A stretch of 64,000 nucleotides of DNA from Eledone cirrhosa (Eukaryota): assembly GCA_964016885.1 (NCBI GenBank), contig OZ024742.1:297786001-297850000 (forward strand), written 5' to 3'. Both the position numbers and the translations under genes were made by a program. Of this stretch, positions 28,556 through 41,600 are shown one piece after another (the stretch's first letter is position 1; the number at the start of each line of letters is the position of its first letter). Below the pieces are notes generated by a model. It had not been told where the DNA came from. It made no database searches and saw only the letters and a program-made list of their open reading frames with translations.

Positions 28556-29745
28556 TTCCTTTTGTAATTAACAGCTTGAAGTAAAACTAACATGAAATCT
28601 AGAAATATCAAATTAAATGTATATATTTCTAATTTTAATTATCTACATTATTGTGATTTTAAATATATAAATAAACCTTTTAACTGCCATAAAGATAAAT
28701 CAAGTATTAAATATTTAATTATTTATTTAATCTGAACTAATTTATAATCATTTGTGATTACTTTCTGTTTATGGAAATGACAAATATAAAAAGAAAGCCT
28801 AGCTTTGTAACTAACATATGTATATATATATTTATTCTCTAAAATGTGTTATTTCCTGAATGACTATAACAAAATAAGAATTATTTTTAAATTCTTAAAT
28901 AATTCTCTCTGATTATTTTCTGTTTACAAACATTATAGATATTAGTAATATACCTTACTTTATTGTAACAAAGATAATATCAACTTTCTCATTTTTAAAC
29001 TGGTGTTTGAAACATAATGTACCCAAGTTTCTGGCATAGAAAAATGATGGAAGATTTTTTAGAACCCTAAACTTGATATATATATACATTTCCCTTATAA
29101 ATCAAGCTATATCATTTCATAAAAAATAACACTTTAAAGTAGAAGCTTTATAATATCATGACAGATGTTAAGAAATCTATCAAACATTACTGACAAACCC
29201 TGTCATGAACCCTTTGGGTTTATCTGAACAGACTGGATATCATTGCTTTGTGGCTTTGCTTACTATGTTGACTTCATGAATATTTTTACTATTTTTTAAA
29301 TAGATTTTTCAGCACGGTGTACTTGCACCAAACTAATCAATAAAACAAATCATAAGTTTTATAATCATAATCACATGATACAGTAAATAATTTTCTTAAT
29401 TATATATTCTTGGTAGATAAATATATTCAATCAAAATATATCTCTCAACTAAAATTAATTCTTTATCAATATATAAAAATATAGAATATAGATATAAAAA
29501 ATATATTTATATAGAATGTAATTTTTAATATAATTTAAGAGCGACATTTATTCACAGATATATTGTTCAAGTACACTTGTACACATTCTAACATGCACAC
29601 ACAAACTATCTAAATATATTTCTTAAGTTCACCGAAACAACATTCAATTCATCATTTGTTGTTCAAGAGAATTATATACTAGACGTATGTTAAACTTACA
29701 GTGAAATATATACTGAAAATATGAAACACAAATAAATTAAACCTT

Positions 29746-29781
<36 letters not shown>

Positions 29782-32781
29782 CACAAACAAATAACATGGA
29801 AAAGATTAAAAGCATAATGCCAATTAGTTTTGAAATGAAATATGTATTGTATAAAAAAAAAAACACATAATCTAAGATAATTAGATTGAAAACAAAAACA
29901 AAAAAGAATATGGATAGGTGATATTATGAAATTAGTACACAACACATTGTTTCTACACAGCATTCTAGCTAAAAAGCCCAAAGCCTGGAAAACAAATATT
30001 TAGACAATAAGAAATATAGGAACTGAAAAACATAAATAATGATTAATGAGAAAAGACTTAAACTAAACAGGCTAATAAATGTAACTTATTTCAAATGTTG
30101 ACTTTTAAACGTACATTATGTTAAACAGATATTTCAGTTTTCAACGATTTATATGAAGGAAATTTCAGATTATTTTTCTTAAGTATTTAAGTTAAATTTG
30201 TTCAATAAATTTTATGTTTATTTTAGAATAAGTATAAGCTCAAAGTTTCTGATGTGGTGAATAAATATATTCTTATCAATTTTTACTCCATGAAAAGCAA
30301 CTGAGCTATCATGGACATGAGTTAAACAGAATTCATACTTAAAAATAACAAATTAGATCTGTAAGGGTGCTGTTGAGCAAATCATGCCTAAGACAACATA
30401 ATAAAGATAAAATTTTAGATCAATTGATTTCAAATGTAGCGCTAACTGTTTAAAAGGTGTGAAATGTATAGGATGATTGATATAACAATTTAGTGACCCC
30501 CCACCTAACTATAACTCTGAACCAGCCAACACAATCTCTACAAGACAAATCTGGGTACGATTAATGCCCTTTTCAGCAAAAATTAATCTTCTAATACACT
30601 GAAAGCTAGAACAATTGTATAAAATATTGATCATTTGGTACTTCTTTACTAATGATTATTATATGTAATGTATTATTTCCAAAGTTGGGGAATTAGATAA
30701 CATCTTCAACGTTTTGGTGAATTATGTATATCTAACAGCCAATGGCAAATTCATTTTTCCTCTACAAGATTCTTCACCCTATTTTATAAGCTATTTTATA
30801 ACATCTCCATGCAGGAGTACATCATTCTTTATAATAACTTTATCTCCTAAGCGCTTCATAAAAGTCCAAGTGATTGGCTACATTGATATTTTTTAATATT
30901 TTTATATATGTCAAATGAAGTAGTGTAGTCATGTTAAGTAAGATAGGAGACTAGTTGCGGGAAGACTAGTTGACATAGGCCTACTTGCCTCAGATTCTAG
31001 TTCTTTTATTCTGTTCTGTTTATTGTAAGAATATCATAAATCATATAGATTTAGTAGTGGTTATTGAAATGCTTAATACAGTTTGAAATATGGGCCTACA
31101 TTTCACATTTGGTTAGGAACAATTTCTAGTTTTGGGAGCCTACATTTTATATTTGGGTTTGGCCTATTCCTATCTTTGTATGATCTGGACTATTCCATGA
31201 CAAGATTAACCCCAGCTGCTGGTACTAAATTTTCAGCTGAGTTAACCTCAGCAAAGAGAAATGAATTGTTCTGCTCAAGGACATAATACAATGCCTGATT
31301 CAGGAATCAAGCCATCAACCTTATGATCATGAGCCCAACAACCCCACCATTAAGTAATGTACCTTCAGTAAAACATATATTTAACACTGATTACTAAAAC
31401 ATTTAATGGCAGTTTAAAATTGTGTTTGACAAATTTGAAGTGATTTTACTAATATTACTTATGTTCCCTGAAAGGCATGATTGTCACAAATCTTTAATTC
31501 CTCTCTTCTCTAAATCTGAGGTTTGAAAATTCAAATTAAATGTAAAATATTACTATTAGAAAGTTAAAAAGATCAATTTCCCCACAAATAAGCATCTTAC
31601 CATTATACGTAAGGTGTAATGTTAATTTTCATTTTAAAAATTTACATTCAGTTTGAATTTCATAAATCGAACAAAAACATTGGTTTAGGAGAATTTTTAG
31701 TAACGAGAGAAGAGAAGGTTAAAAGAATTGCTGTGTAAATTTATGCTTATTGCTGCATTGGGATAAACTGATAGAAGAAATTGATTCTCAAAACAATGAA
31801 CTCATATATTCAAAAATACAAACTTAAAACAAGAATATATTTATGATGAAACTAGTCTAGATTGAGGAAATTATATTTAAGTTTAATAATAGTCTATGAT
31901 GAAAAAAACGAACAAAATAAATTAAAATATTTCTCCACATAACAAAACAAAGTCTATTAAAATATTTAGTAAGAAAAAGCACTTCAAATTATATCCTTTA
32001 AGGAAGGCATTGAATAACGTCATTAAAGATTGTCAGATCAACGGGAATAAATTGAATTGTTAGAAAATCAGAGATTTATTCTCATATATCAATAAAATAT
32101 GAAACCACAGCTTTGCTGGTTTTCAAACTATTCACCTGTCTTAAGCTTGTTGAAAAACCTGCCAATCAAAGAGAAGCAGTAAAGGCTTTTTCACAATCAA
32201 ACTAAACCAGACTGGATAAAACATTTAGGTACAACATGCTCCAATTGTTAGTTGTACCTTAAAATAACCAGTCACTCCACGGTATAGTCTACAGCCTTGT
32301 CTGAAAACTGATTGGAGTATTGCTTTACTTTATCTGGAATGTAAGCAGTATGGTTACATCTGTGAGAAAGGCTTGCAGGCTGACCAAGAATATAAACAAC
32401 AAACCAGCATCAACAGAAGCAGCACTGATACAACTAATATCTGTTGGAAAAGCATGAATAAAAGCAGACTGCTGAAAGTAATATCCAGCATTAATATTGG
32501 TTGACTATAATGAAACTAGCTGATAAAACAAAAAGCTTTAAAGCATTACAGAAGTAGATGTTTTGGCAAAAATGACTCATCACATAAGCTACAATTTAAA
32601 ATTTCTGTTATTCTTTTACTGGTTTCAATCACTGGACTTTGACTATACTGGGGCACTATCTTCAATCTTTATAGGCTCTTATTAACTGCAGTACATATTT
32701 TCAGAAGTACACAAGGAAGAGTCACATATTAATCTAGGCATATCAAGATTTCACAAGGTTTGTATTGATTCTGCCATCCCT

Positions 32782-32820
<39 letters not shown>

Positions 32821-34636
32821 CAAATGTCTTCTACTATATCCAGGTTTCTACAGTTTGCATCTATCAAATTTCACACAAGGCTTTATTTGACTTGACTTGA
32901 AGTAACAATGGAAGTCATGAATAGTTTTATTTTTGTTGTTTTTTTGTTTTTTGATAGAGGTTATTTATTGCTGCACAGTAGGATCAAGAATAAAGCCATG
33001 TAGTTCTCAAGCTAAAGTCTTATTCCTATGACCATGCCTACTGCCTCCAACTCTTCAAGTATGCAAAATAATTATTAATACTTCACTTCAGTAAATTTAC
33101 TATCAGAATGATAATCTGTTATATATTTAAAAAATTATCCAACAAATATACTACCTACTGTTTTATAATTATTTATAACTATGTCATGTTGTTAGCTTTG
33201 AAATAAACATGTTAAACCTTTTTTAAATCTGTTTATTCTAAAAAGCATATTTGATATTTTGAATATAAAATACAATATAGTTAGCAAATTATATCTTTAA
33301 ATGTAGAATTATTTTGAATAAGCTATATTTTGTTTTAAAATGAAATATAGAAAAAGACTTAGCTATTATCATGCTGAGCAAATAAGAAAAACTTAAACCA
33401 ATGTTATATTGGTTAGATATACATAAAGAAAATTCAAACCAATATCAGTTAAATGAAAGAAATTGGAAATAAAAGTGAAGTTTTGTTATTTAGTTAATTC
33501 CATCAAGTCCTCAAGAATTCTGCAAATTGGAAAAACTATAATTTATTGGAGGAAAAGAAAGTAAAAGAAAACGTTACAAAATTTGCTAAAAAAAAAACCT
33601 TCTAATGGAAATGATACAACACAAAAACTGAAATAGAAATAAGTGCAAATAAAGCTAAAAAATTTATGCAGAATTAGTGCAGTTAATATTAGAACCATGG
33701 CATAGATGTTTAGAGTAATTCTTACAATGAGAGTTGGGTATAATAAGGTGAAGATAATAACAATTGGTGGTTTTTTGATTGATCGTATTAGTATATTATG
33801 GTGGTGTTAGTATTTTTGTTAACAGCAACAGCAGTAACTACGTACATAATCTACGTTATTAGATTTTGAGTTGTTATTATGAAAACATGCATCAGGCAAA
33901 CCAACATGCATGAAAAAGATAGGGCAAGACGTTTTCATAAGTGGACAGAAAAAAAGAAACCTGTATGGTTGTGAGAGGGGAAAGGAGGTATGGTATGGGT
34001 AATATTTAAAAAAATAATGAAATTACACTTAACCACCAGCTTCTTCCATCTCTTTCTTAATTAATCTCCCTCCAACAATTTAGAAGACACCCATCTTAAG
34101 ATGATATCCTATCTGTCATGTGACATATGGCTTGGCCATTTTAAAAGATTTATATATTAATCAAAGGAACTCTTTTTAATTTATCAAAGTTTGAATTGTT
34201 GTCTGTTTATTATTATGTAGATTGTTATTTTTTTAAACTAAATTTAGCCCAAATAAAAATATATGCTAATCATATCAATTTTGTTTTTCATTTGACCCTA
34301 TAATCTATTTAGAAATTTAATGCAAAAGCAATCAAATGTTCCATCTTTCCAATCATTGATATATCATAATTTAAAGGGTTGTTGGTCAAAAGTGAAATAG
34401 AGTTTATTTACTTATTTCTATGTAGACAATAAACGAATTTTTTTATGTGGTGTCAATCTCTTGGACACTAGTATATAACTATGATTTATTTTCATGGTTT
34501 TTCTTAAGAGAAAAGTGAATCAAACATACTAGTGTTTGAACAGAGACATAAAGTTAAAACTAGATACTATAATGTATTTTGTTTTATGTCCTATAAGTTC
34601 AATAGTTACTTTCATTTTCACAGTGAAATAAATAAT

Positions 34637-34740
34637 TGTTTCTACTTTTGGCACAAGGCCAACAATTACCCAGTACATTACTGGTACTTTACTTTTTCGA
34701 CCCTGTAAGGATGAAAGGCAAAGTTAACCTCGGCAGGATT
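34637..34740 (-). mobile_element. 5'-truncated family 1 SINE
   Basis: tgtttctacttttggcacaaggcc...ggatgaaaggcaaagttaacctcggcaggatt, flanked by tgaaataaataat direct repeats. Confidence 0.8.
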
Positions 34741-34986
34741 TGAAATAAATAATGATAAGTAAAAGAAGCAGTAACTATATTTATAACTGTACTGAGTAGT
34801 ATAAAGGTCTCTGTAGAATTATCTATTTAAATAATTTCTATCATATTACATCCCTTTCTTAAATGTTCTCTATTCGTTATTGCATGGATTATTTCAACTA
34901 GGGCAATAAGAAACAGCATAGCTTAAATTTGGGAAGTATTTAGATGCTCAAACCAGTTAGTGCTAAGTGTAAAAATCATTTAACAC

Positions 34987-35133
34987 CTGTTATTGACAGG
35001 CACAGGATGTTTCCATGAAGTCTTTTTTGTAGATAAGCCAGACTGGTGTGGAACAGAAGCTGACTGCAGCGACAGTAAAGCACTATCTTGAGAAGAGCAG
35101 GTAGGATCCACATTTGCACAGCTTTCCGATGAT
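34987..35133 (-). CDS. Candidate alternative (cassette) PDE1 exon, 49 codons
   Basis: Long polypyrimidine tract ending cccttag| and donor CAG|gtgtta; 147 nt, phase 2-2, stop-free in the PDE1 frame: SSESCANVDPTCSSQDSALLSLQSASVPHQSGLSTKKTSWKHPVPVNN(R). Confidence 0.6.
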
Positions 35134-35840
35134 CTAAGGGAATGAGAGGGACGAAAGAAAGAGAGAAAGTTTATTGACAAAGAAATAAGACACACACAGT
35201 ACATATATGTAGAAGGCACATGACATAGTATAAAACAAATGTTCAGCTATGTGCAATCAAACCATCATCTATGATAGTATGTATCATTGGTCGCAATCAA
35301 AGGATTTCTATGATTATTGATACTGAAAAAGAAAAACCTCATCTAATGGCATTACATATGGTAATATTCAAATTTACATTTGAATATTTTAATCTAAAAG
35401 AAATGGCATCATATTAGAATTTTCATTTTAATAGAGTTGATAAATAAAATTCTAAATATTTAAAAATAAAAATACTTAATCTATGAAACAAATTATGATA
35501 AATTGTTGATTTCATTTGTAATATTTTGTGATATTCCTACAATCAGTGAAAGAATTCCACTGATGTAACTTATATTTATTTTGTCTGTTTTATAATGAAT
35601 GGTATAAATTGATAGGTATGATCTGTTAGGAAAGAGATATTTGGAAAGAATTGATATATTTTATGGTCTGACATGAATACTTGGAATAGTGGTTCCCAAA
35701 CTTTTGTTGTGGTACCAATATGCAAGTGTCCAAAAATCCCAAAACTTATACCTGTATTTTACAGACATGCCCCACGACCACAATTTTAATAAAACAATAA
35801 ATAAAATAATAATAATTTGTTTTAGAGAGACAATTTATTC

Positions 35841-35841
35841 T

Positions 35842-35920
<79 letters not shown>
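35841..35920. repeat. (TA)n microsatellite
   Basis: Direct reading of the sequence. Confidence 0.97.
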
Positions 35921-35923
<3 letters not shown>

Positions 35924-36690
35924 AAAGTAAGATATTTGATATGTCCCACATTTTAAACAAATAGCGACCTGAGCCCTCTCTTTTTTTTTTTATAAAACAA
36001 AGAATTTTCGAACTACAGTTACATGCGAGACAAACCACAGCAGAAACACAAACCTTCCATCTCAATTTTACTTTTGATGATCCTAAGAACTGTGAAACCA
36101 GTAAAGTAAATAAATATTCTTAAAACACTGCAGTTGCATTTTCAAATTCTTTTCCTTATATATATATACATATATATATTTCTCTATTTGCTAAACCTTG
36201 ATTATATATGTTCTGGCTTGTTAATTTATTAACCTGCCATAGAACCACATTGGCATACGGTTGGATAATACATGTGTCCCTATATGCATTTTTTGCATGT
36301 AGGAAAACATACTTTATTATTATTAATTTCCCCTAAGGTCGAGATAAAATTTTGGTCATTTTTACTGCTGTTATTTCTAGTGGCAGGACATTGACCTTTC
36401 CGCCCTTGCCTTCTATCTTTACACATGGCACTAGACAAGATTATTTCCTTATCATAAACTCTCATCTGGGAACAGTTCTGTATGGTGCCAGTTCGTGATT
36501 TGAACTCGGGAATTTTATATTCTCCAAGTGAGAAGAACCCTCTGACGAAATTCTCCTTCTCAATGGTGTTCCACATGGATTATCCATTTATTTTGAGAAT
36601 TGAAACTGTGCGGTAAGGGTAAATATAGTAAGTACAGTAAACTTTTTAAAATTTATTTTAAAACTTTTTCTCTATTTGCTAAACCTTGAT

Positions 36691-36733
<43 letters not shown>

Positions 36734-36873
36734 AATAAAAAAATAAAGGAAGGAGAAATGGGTAGGGAAAATCTCTACACTTTTGAGACAGTATATCTTA
36801 GTTGTGTACCATGGAAAGCCATGGAGAATATCTAACAATACCCATTTTATTTATAGCACACTATATGCTAATG

Positions 36874-37162
36874 GTGGAGGCATGTGGCCTTGTGGTAAGG
36901 GTGTTGGACTTACAATCATAATGTTGTGGGTTCGATTCTTGGTTTGAATGTTGTGTTCTTGAGCAAAATACTTCATTTCACGTTGCTCCAGTATACTCAA
37001 CTGAAAAACGAGTACCAGCAATAGCGCGTGTGTTTAACCCTGCTAAGGACTGGTGTCCTTTCCAGGGGGAAGTCTTGTACTCTCCGTCAATTTGTGCCAT
37101 GAAACCGGGATAAACACCGGCCAATAACATTTTTTGCCTTAAGACAGACTTTAGAATTTTAG
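36874..37162 (+). mobile_element. tRNA-derived SINE with V-domain-like centre
   Basis: A box gtggccttgtgg and B box ggttcgattc; aaccctgctaaggactggtgtcctttccaggggg...gaaaccgggataaacaccggcc resembles the V-SINE domain; 11-bp TSD atatgctaatg at 36863-36873 and 37163-37173. Confidence 0.82.
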
Positions 37163-37845
37163 ATATGCTAATGAGAATTACACGAGTGTTGATATCCAAT
37201 GAAATGTATAGTATAATGATCATATAAAGTGGTAATGCTGGTGTCATGATAAAATGCACCTAGTCTACTCTGTAAGGGGGTACTGCTAGTTCCAGGGTAC
37301 AATGCACTCACTGTACTCTGTAAAGTTTTTAACATATGGAAAAGAATCCAGCTCTTGAAACCAAACCAAAAATATAACATATGAGCTCGAGATGGTCACC
37401 TGACCTGTCTAGACTCAGAACATAATAACCTGTAACCTACGGAATCACTGAAAAATAGATATTAAAACTGTAATGAGTATGATGATGATAATGATGTTGA
37501 TGAATGGTCAGAAAGAAAGGGAAAATATATTTGTTTAATTCTATTGAAATTGATGCAATAGCTGTCAATAAGATGCAACATATAGCAGTAGACTCTTAGC
37601 TGTAGCCATTAATCAAAAACATTGCTAATTGGTTAATAGAATATCAGCAGTTATTAAAAACTTAGACCATGATGAATTTTTGAAAATAAGTGTAAATAAT
37701 TAGATTATAACGAGTGATTAGGTACAAGAAAAATTATGTATATAATTTTGTATAATATATTTTTCCTCTAATAAATTAGATATATGATACAAATGTCTGA
37801 GGTGATTATAATCTTTCACAAAATTAAACTTATATTTTTATACTC

Positions 37846-37858
37846 TCTCTCTCTCTCC

Positions 37859-37907
<49 letters not shown>

Positions 37908-37915
37908 CGTGTGTG
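37846..37915. repeat. (CT)n, (GT)n, (GC)n compound microsatellite
   Basis: Direct reading of the sequence. Confidence 0.95.
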
Positions 37916-38006
37916 AAAGAGTCGGGCCCCTGACAGCTCAGCTTTTGAGTTCAGAACTAGCTGCTGAAACGGCAAGAGCTCAGCCATTGGGGTCCTGACT
38001 CTTTCA
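37914..38006. repeat. Imperfect 93-bp palindrome (foldback/MITE-like)
   Basis: tgaaagagtc...gactctttca ends pair exactly for 10 bp, with imperfect pairing inward to a central ctag. Confidence 0.8.
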
Positions 38007-38116
38007 TATTACCATACTCTACTACCCCAAGTATCAAGTACTCTGCTGAGTAATGGTCAGATTTCTACAGCATCCATTTTGATTTATATATATACATATT
38101 CTATATCACTGTCTAA

Positions 38117-38333
38117 TGGAGGCACGTGGCTTAGTGGTTAGAGCATTGGCCTTGCAATCGAAAGGTTGTGAGTTCAATTCACAGACCGGGTGATGTGTTG
38201 TTTCCTTGAGCAAGACACTTTATTTCACATTGCTCCATTTTACTCAGCTATAGAAATCAAGCCAGAATCAGTTCCCATCCCACCCTTGCAAGCTGGGAAA
38301 AAGCGGACATAAATTGAAATGAAATGATGATGA
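38117..38333 (+). mobile_element. tRNA-derived SINE (family 2 head) with RTE-type tail
   Basis: A box gtggcttagtgg, B box gagttcaattc, ttgagcaagacactt core and gatgatgat tail; short tgtcta direct repeats at both ends. Confidence 0.85.
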
Positions 38334-38467
38334 TGTCTAGTTGCCTGTTGGCATTTAATGTCCGGAAAGGTTCTAGGCACTACCATTGTTACTGTGTCGC
38401 CTGTCGCATTCACTGCCATAGGAGGCATGGACTGGAATCAAATTCTGTCGATCGACTGGTTATTGAT

Positions 38468-38606
38468 TAGGTGAGACACACTCATGAAGCCACAAGCACT
38501 AATAGTGCATTGTTGCATAATAAATGCAGACAGTAGATGTTGTACGCTCTCTTGCTGCATTAAGTGTGGCCGAAACTCGAGTATGGGCATAGATTTATGG
38601 CACCTA
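38468..38606 (+). ncRNA. Decayed type I hammerhead ribozyme motif
   Basis: CTcATGA core (38481-87), stem II gccaca/tgtggc, GAAA (38572-75), palindromic stem III ACTCGAGT, GTA triplet and distal stem I taggtg/caccta. Confidence 0.55.
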
Positions 38607-38747
38607 TTTAAGTGTGCTGTATTAAAGCAATTAACTTTGTGTCTACTCTCGGATTTTTATATAACCTTACCCATTGAGTACGCTGAGATGGAATCAGTAC
38701 TAGCAGGGAAACTTAGGCTAGTCCCATCAACTTATTATATATATATA

Positions 38748-41600
38748 CATCATCATCATCACCATTTTACCTCCATTCTTCCATGCTAGCATGGGTTAGA
38801 TGGGTTGTCCTGTTGTGGGCAGTGCCAGGCTGGTTGACCTTGTCTTGCTTATATGGGAACTGATTTTGGCTTGATTTCTACAGCTGGATGCCTTTCCTAC
38901 CAACCTCATTTACAGTGAGTGCTGGGTGCTTTTTTTCTGTGGCGCCTACACGACCACTTTACAGTGTGGGCTGGGTGCTTTTTTGTCGTGACACCTCCAT
39001 AACACCTTTGCAGTGGGAGGGGGTGGGAGCATATTGTCTATATGTTTCAGCATCGGCTTGTGCCAGTGGGAAGTTGGGTCTTCTGTATTACTGTGTAACA
39101 CTAGAGGTCATGGTCCTGTGTCATCGCTTTTGAGAGGTGCAATTTTTTGGTATGGTCAGCTTTTATCACCTCATCCCAGGTCTTCTTGGGTCTCCCCACT
39201 CCAATGCTTCCATCAACTTCTAGTGCTCTGCATCTTTTTATGCTGCTGTCATCCTTCATATGCATCACATGTCCATACCAACACAACCTCCTCTCCTTCA
39301 CAAAGCATTTGATTCCTTTTATGCTCAGTCTCTCTCAATTCGTTTATGCTTTGCTGTTCATGTATATTACTATTACACATCCACCGGAGCCTGTAAACTT
39401 TGTTTCTTTCTAATCTACGCAAGTCTTCTACACACAATGCCCAGGTCTCACTACCATGTAACATTGCTGTTTGTATGCACCCATCATACAGTCTGCCTTT
39501 CATTTAGGGAAAAGCCTTTTGCAGCTAGCAGTGGCAGTAGCTTCCTGAACTTCTTCCATCCTGTTCTTACCTTGGTTACTGTACTTTCAGAAAACCCACC
39601 TCCACTACTAATTTTCTCACCTTGGTAGCAGAAGCTGTCTACTGTTTCTACAGAGCCCTCTCAGAGTTTGCTGGTGCTTGTTTCCTGTGGCTGTTTGCTG
39701 CCTCGGTGCAGCTGCTACATGTGAAGCCTCCATTCTTAACTAAGCGTCCTGAGATCCCACTACATCTCTTGTGTACCCATAGTTTGCATTTGGGGAAGAG
39801 GATGGAGTTCCTACCTACACCTTTCCTACATACTGAGCAAGCCCATTTCCCTGAGGGGATCTGGGTTCTGTTTTCTCGTCTACTTATGAGGACCTTAGTC
39901 TTTGTCAGGTTAACTTTGAGACACTTTCTTTCTAGTTTGGAATTTCTTCTTTAGTTCCACCATAGATTCAGCTATAAGTGCAAGATCATCCACATACAGA
40001 AGTTCCCATGGGCATCCAGTCTTAAATTCCTCTGTTATAGCCTGCAATACTATAGTAAACAGGAGAGGGCTAAGAACAGAGCCCTGGTGGACACTGACCT
40101 GTATGCTAAATTCCTCACTATAGTCATTGTTAACCCTAACTTTGCTGACTGCTCCCCTATACATGGCTTGTACAGCTATTGGGTCTACTTGGGGTAGAGT
40201 CTCTGTCTCCCTTGCATTCTCCTCATTTAGTAATCTTTCATAATGGCTCTTCCATGCAGCTTTCTTCTTGGCACTTGTGAGGGCAAGCTCACCTTATCAT
40301 TCTGGACAGACTTCTCTCCAATGACATCACAATCTAACACAATGCCTCGCAATCCTGAACACCTCCTGTTTCTGGTCCTCATGCTGCAAAACATGCTTGA
40401 ATTTTCTGTCTTTCGCTTCCCTTGTAGCTAAATATACTTGTCACCTAGCTTCCCTACTGGTCTCTATGTAATGTACCCTGCTTCCCCAATTCTTACATTC
40501 TTTCTATGCCTGTCTCCAACCACAAATCTCGTCTGTTGCTTTTAGTTAGTTATTTTTAAGAACTCCCAGTGCTCTTCGATATTGAATGTCTCTACCTGTT
40601 CTTCTTTACTGTCATAGGTGTTGAGTAAGATATCTTTAAATCTGTTACTAGCTGAGGGGTCTTTCAGCTTCCAGATCTTTCTTCTCCAGGTTGTGTTCTG
40701 TTCCCAAGTCTGTCTAGTTCTGACAATGAGGTCGCTGACAACTAAGTTATGTTAGGAGGTACATTCTTCACCAGTGAAGGCTTTTGTGTTTACAACCGTC
40801 CATCTATCTCGGTCTCTGATAAAGATAAAATCTATCTGACTAGAATGCTCTCCTGATCTATAGGTGATCATATGGTTGTTGGGTTTTTTGAAATTTGTGT
40901 TACATATTGACATGTCATTGGCATCACAGAATTCTAGAAGCCTGAAGCCTTCTTCATTTCTTGTGCCTTCATGGACGCCATGGATTCTATAGAAGCTGTC
41001 ATGGTGTTTCCCAAAATGTCCGTTAAAGTCCCCTGCAATGATTAGGAAGTCATTGTCATTTGTTAGGGCAGTAGTGTGCATTAAGGACTTGTAAAGCCTA
41101 TCCTTGAGTTTGTCTGGCAACCCAGATTGGGCTGTATAAGCTGATATTATTGTGGCAATTGTTTTATTCAGGACTAGTCTGAGTTTAATGATTCTTGCGT
41201 TCACCCTGTTCACTGAGATTGCCTTATCTACCCATTTGTTAGCTAATAGTATACCTACACCACTCATCCCATTGTCATTTCCCACCCAGAAAAATTGATA
41301 GCACTGACCTTTGCATACAAGCACTGTAGCGGGCTCTCCTCTCCACCTAGTTCCTTGCACGCAGTATACAGCAATTTTCTTTCACTCTAACATCTCTACA
41401 ATTTCTCTTACCCTTCCTTTTATTGTGCTTATATTGATGGTGCCAACTCGGAGTTTTGGGTATTTTCCATCACTCGTGGGAAAGATTGAATTTTTGCGGG
41501 GCAGTGTGTATGCTTCCTGTCTCTGAATTAAAGCTTCACATGGGTGCTTGGCAATTCACGGATTCATATTCATTTATTTATTCGGGGTTGTTTCATTTAT
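38748..41600 (-). mobile_element. RTE LINE copy 1 (APE + RT + PHD); ORF start retained, internally deleted
   Basis: LRVGTINI, VQGTRW, GVGILL, GDFNGH, SQIDF, VHQGSVLSPLLF, ELLYVDDLAL, FCY, WYGHVM and GRPKKTW motifs; (CAT)n tail on +. The 5' UTR may extend to about 42050. Confidence 0.93.

Noticed and set aside
29700-29712. 13-nt micro-exon candidate (ttttcag|...|gtaagt)
   Set aside because: Frameshifting and plausible by chance.
32136-32158. 23-nt AG/GT-bounded micro-exon candidate on the minus strand
   Set aside because: Not a multiple of 3 and incompatible with the phase-2 host intron.
36874-36945. tRNA gene candidates at SINE heads (also 38117, 59780, 9458)
   Set aside because: A and B boxes are present, but there is no complete cloverleaf and they continue into SINE bodies.
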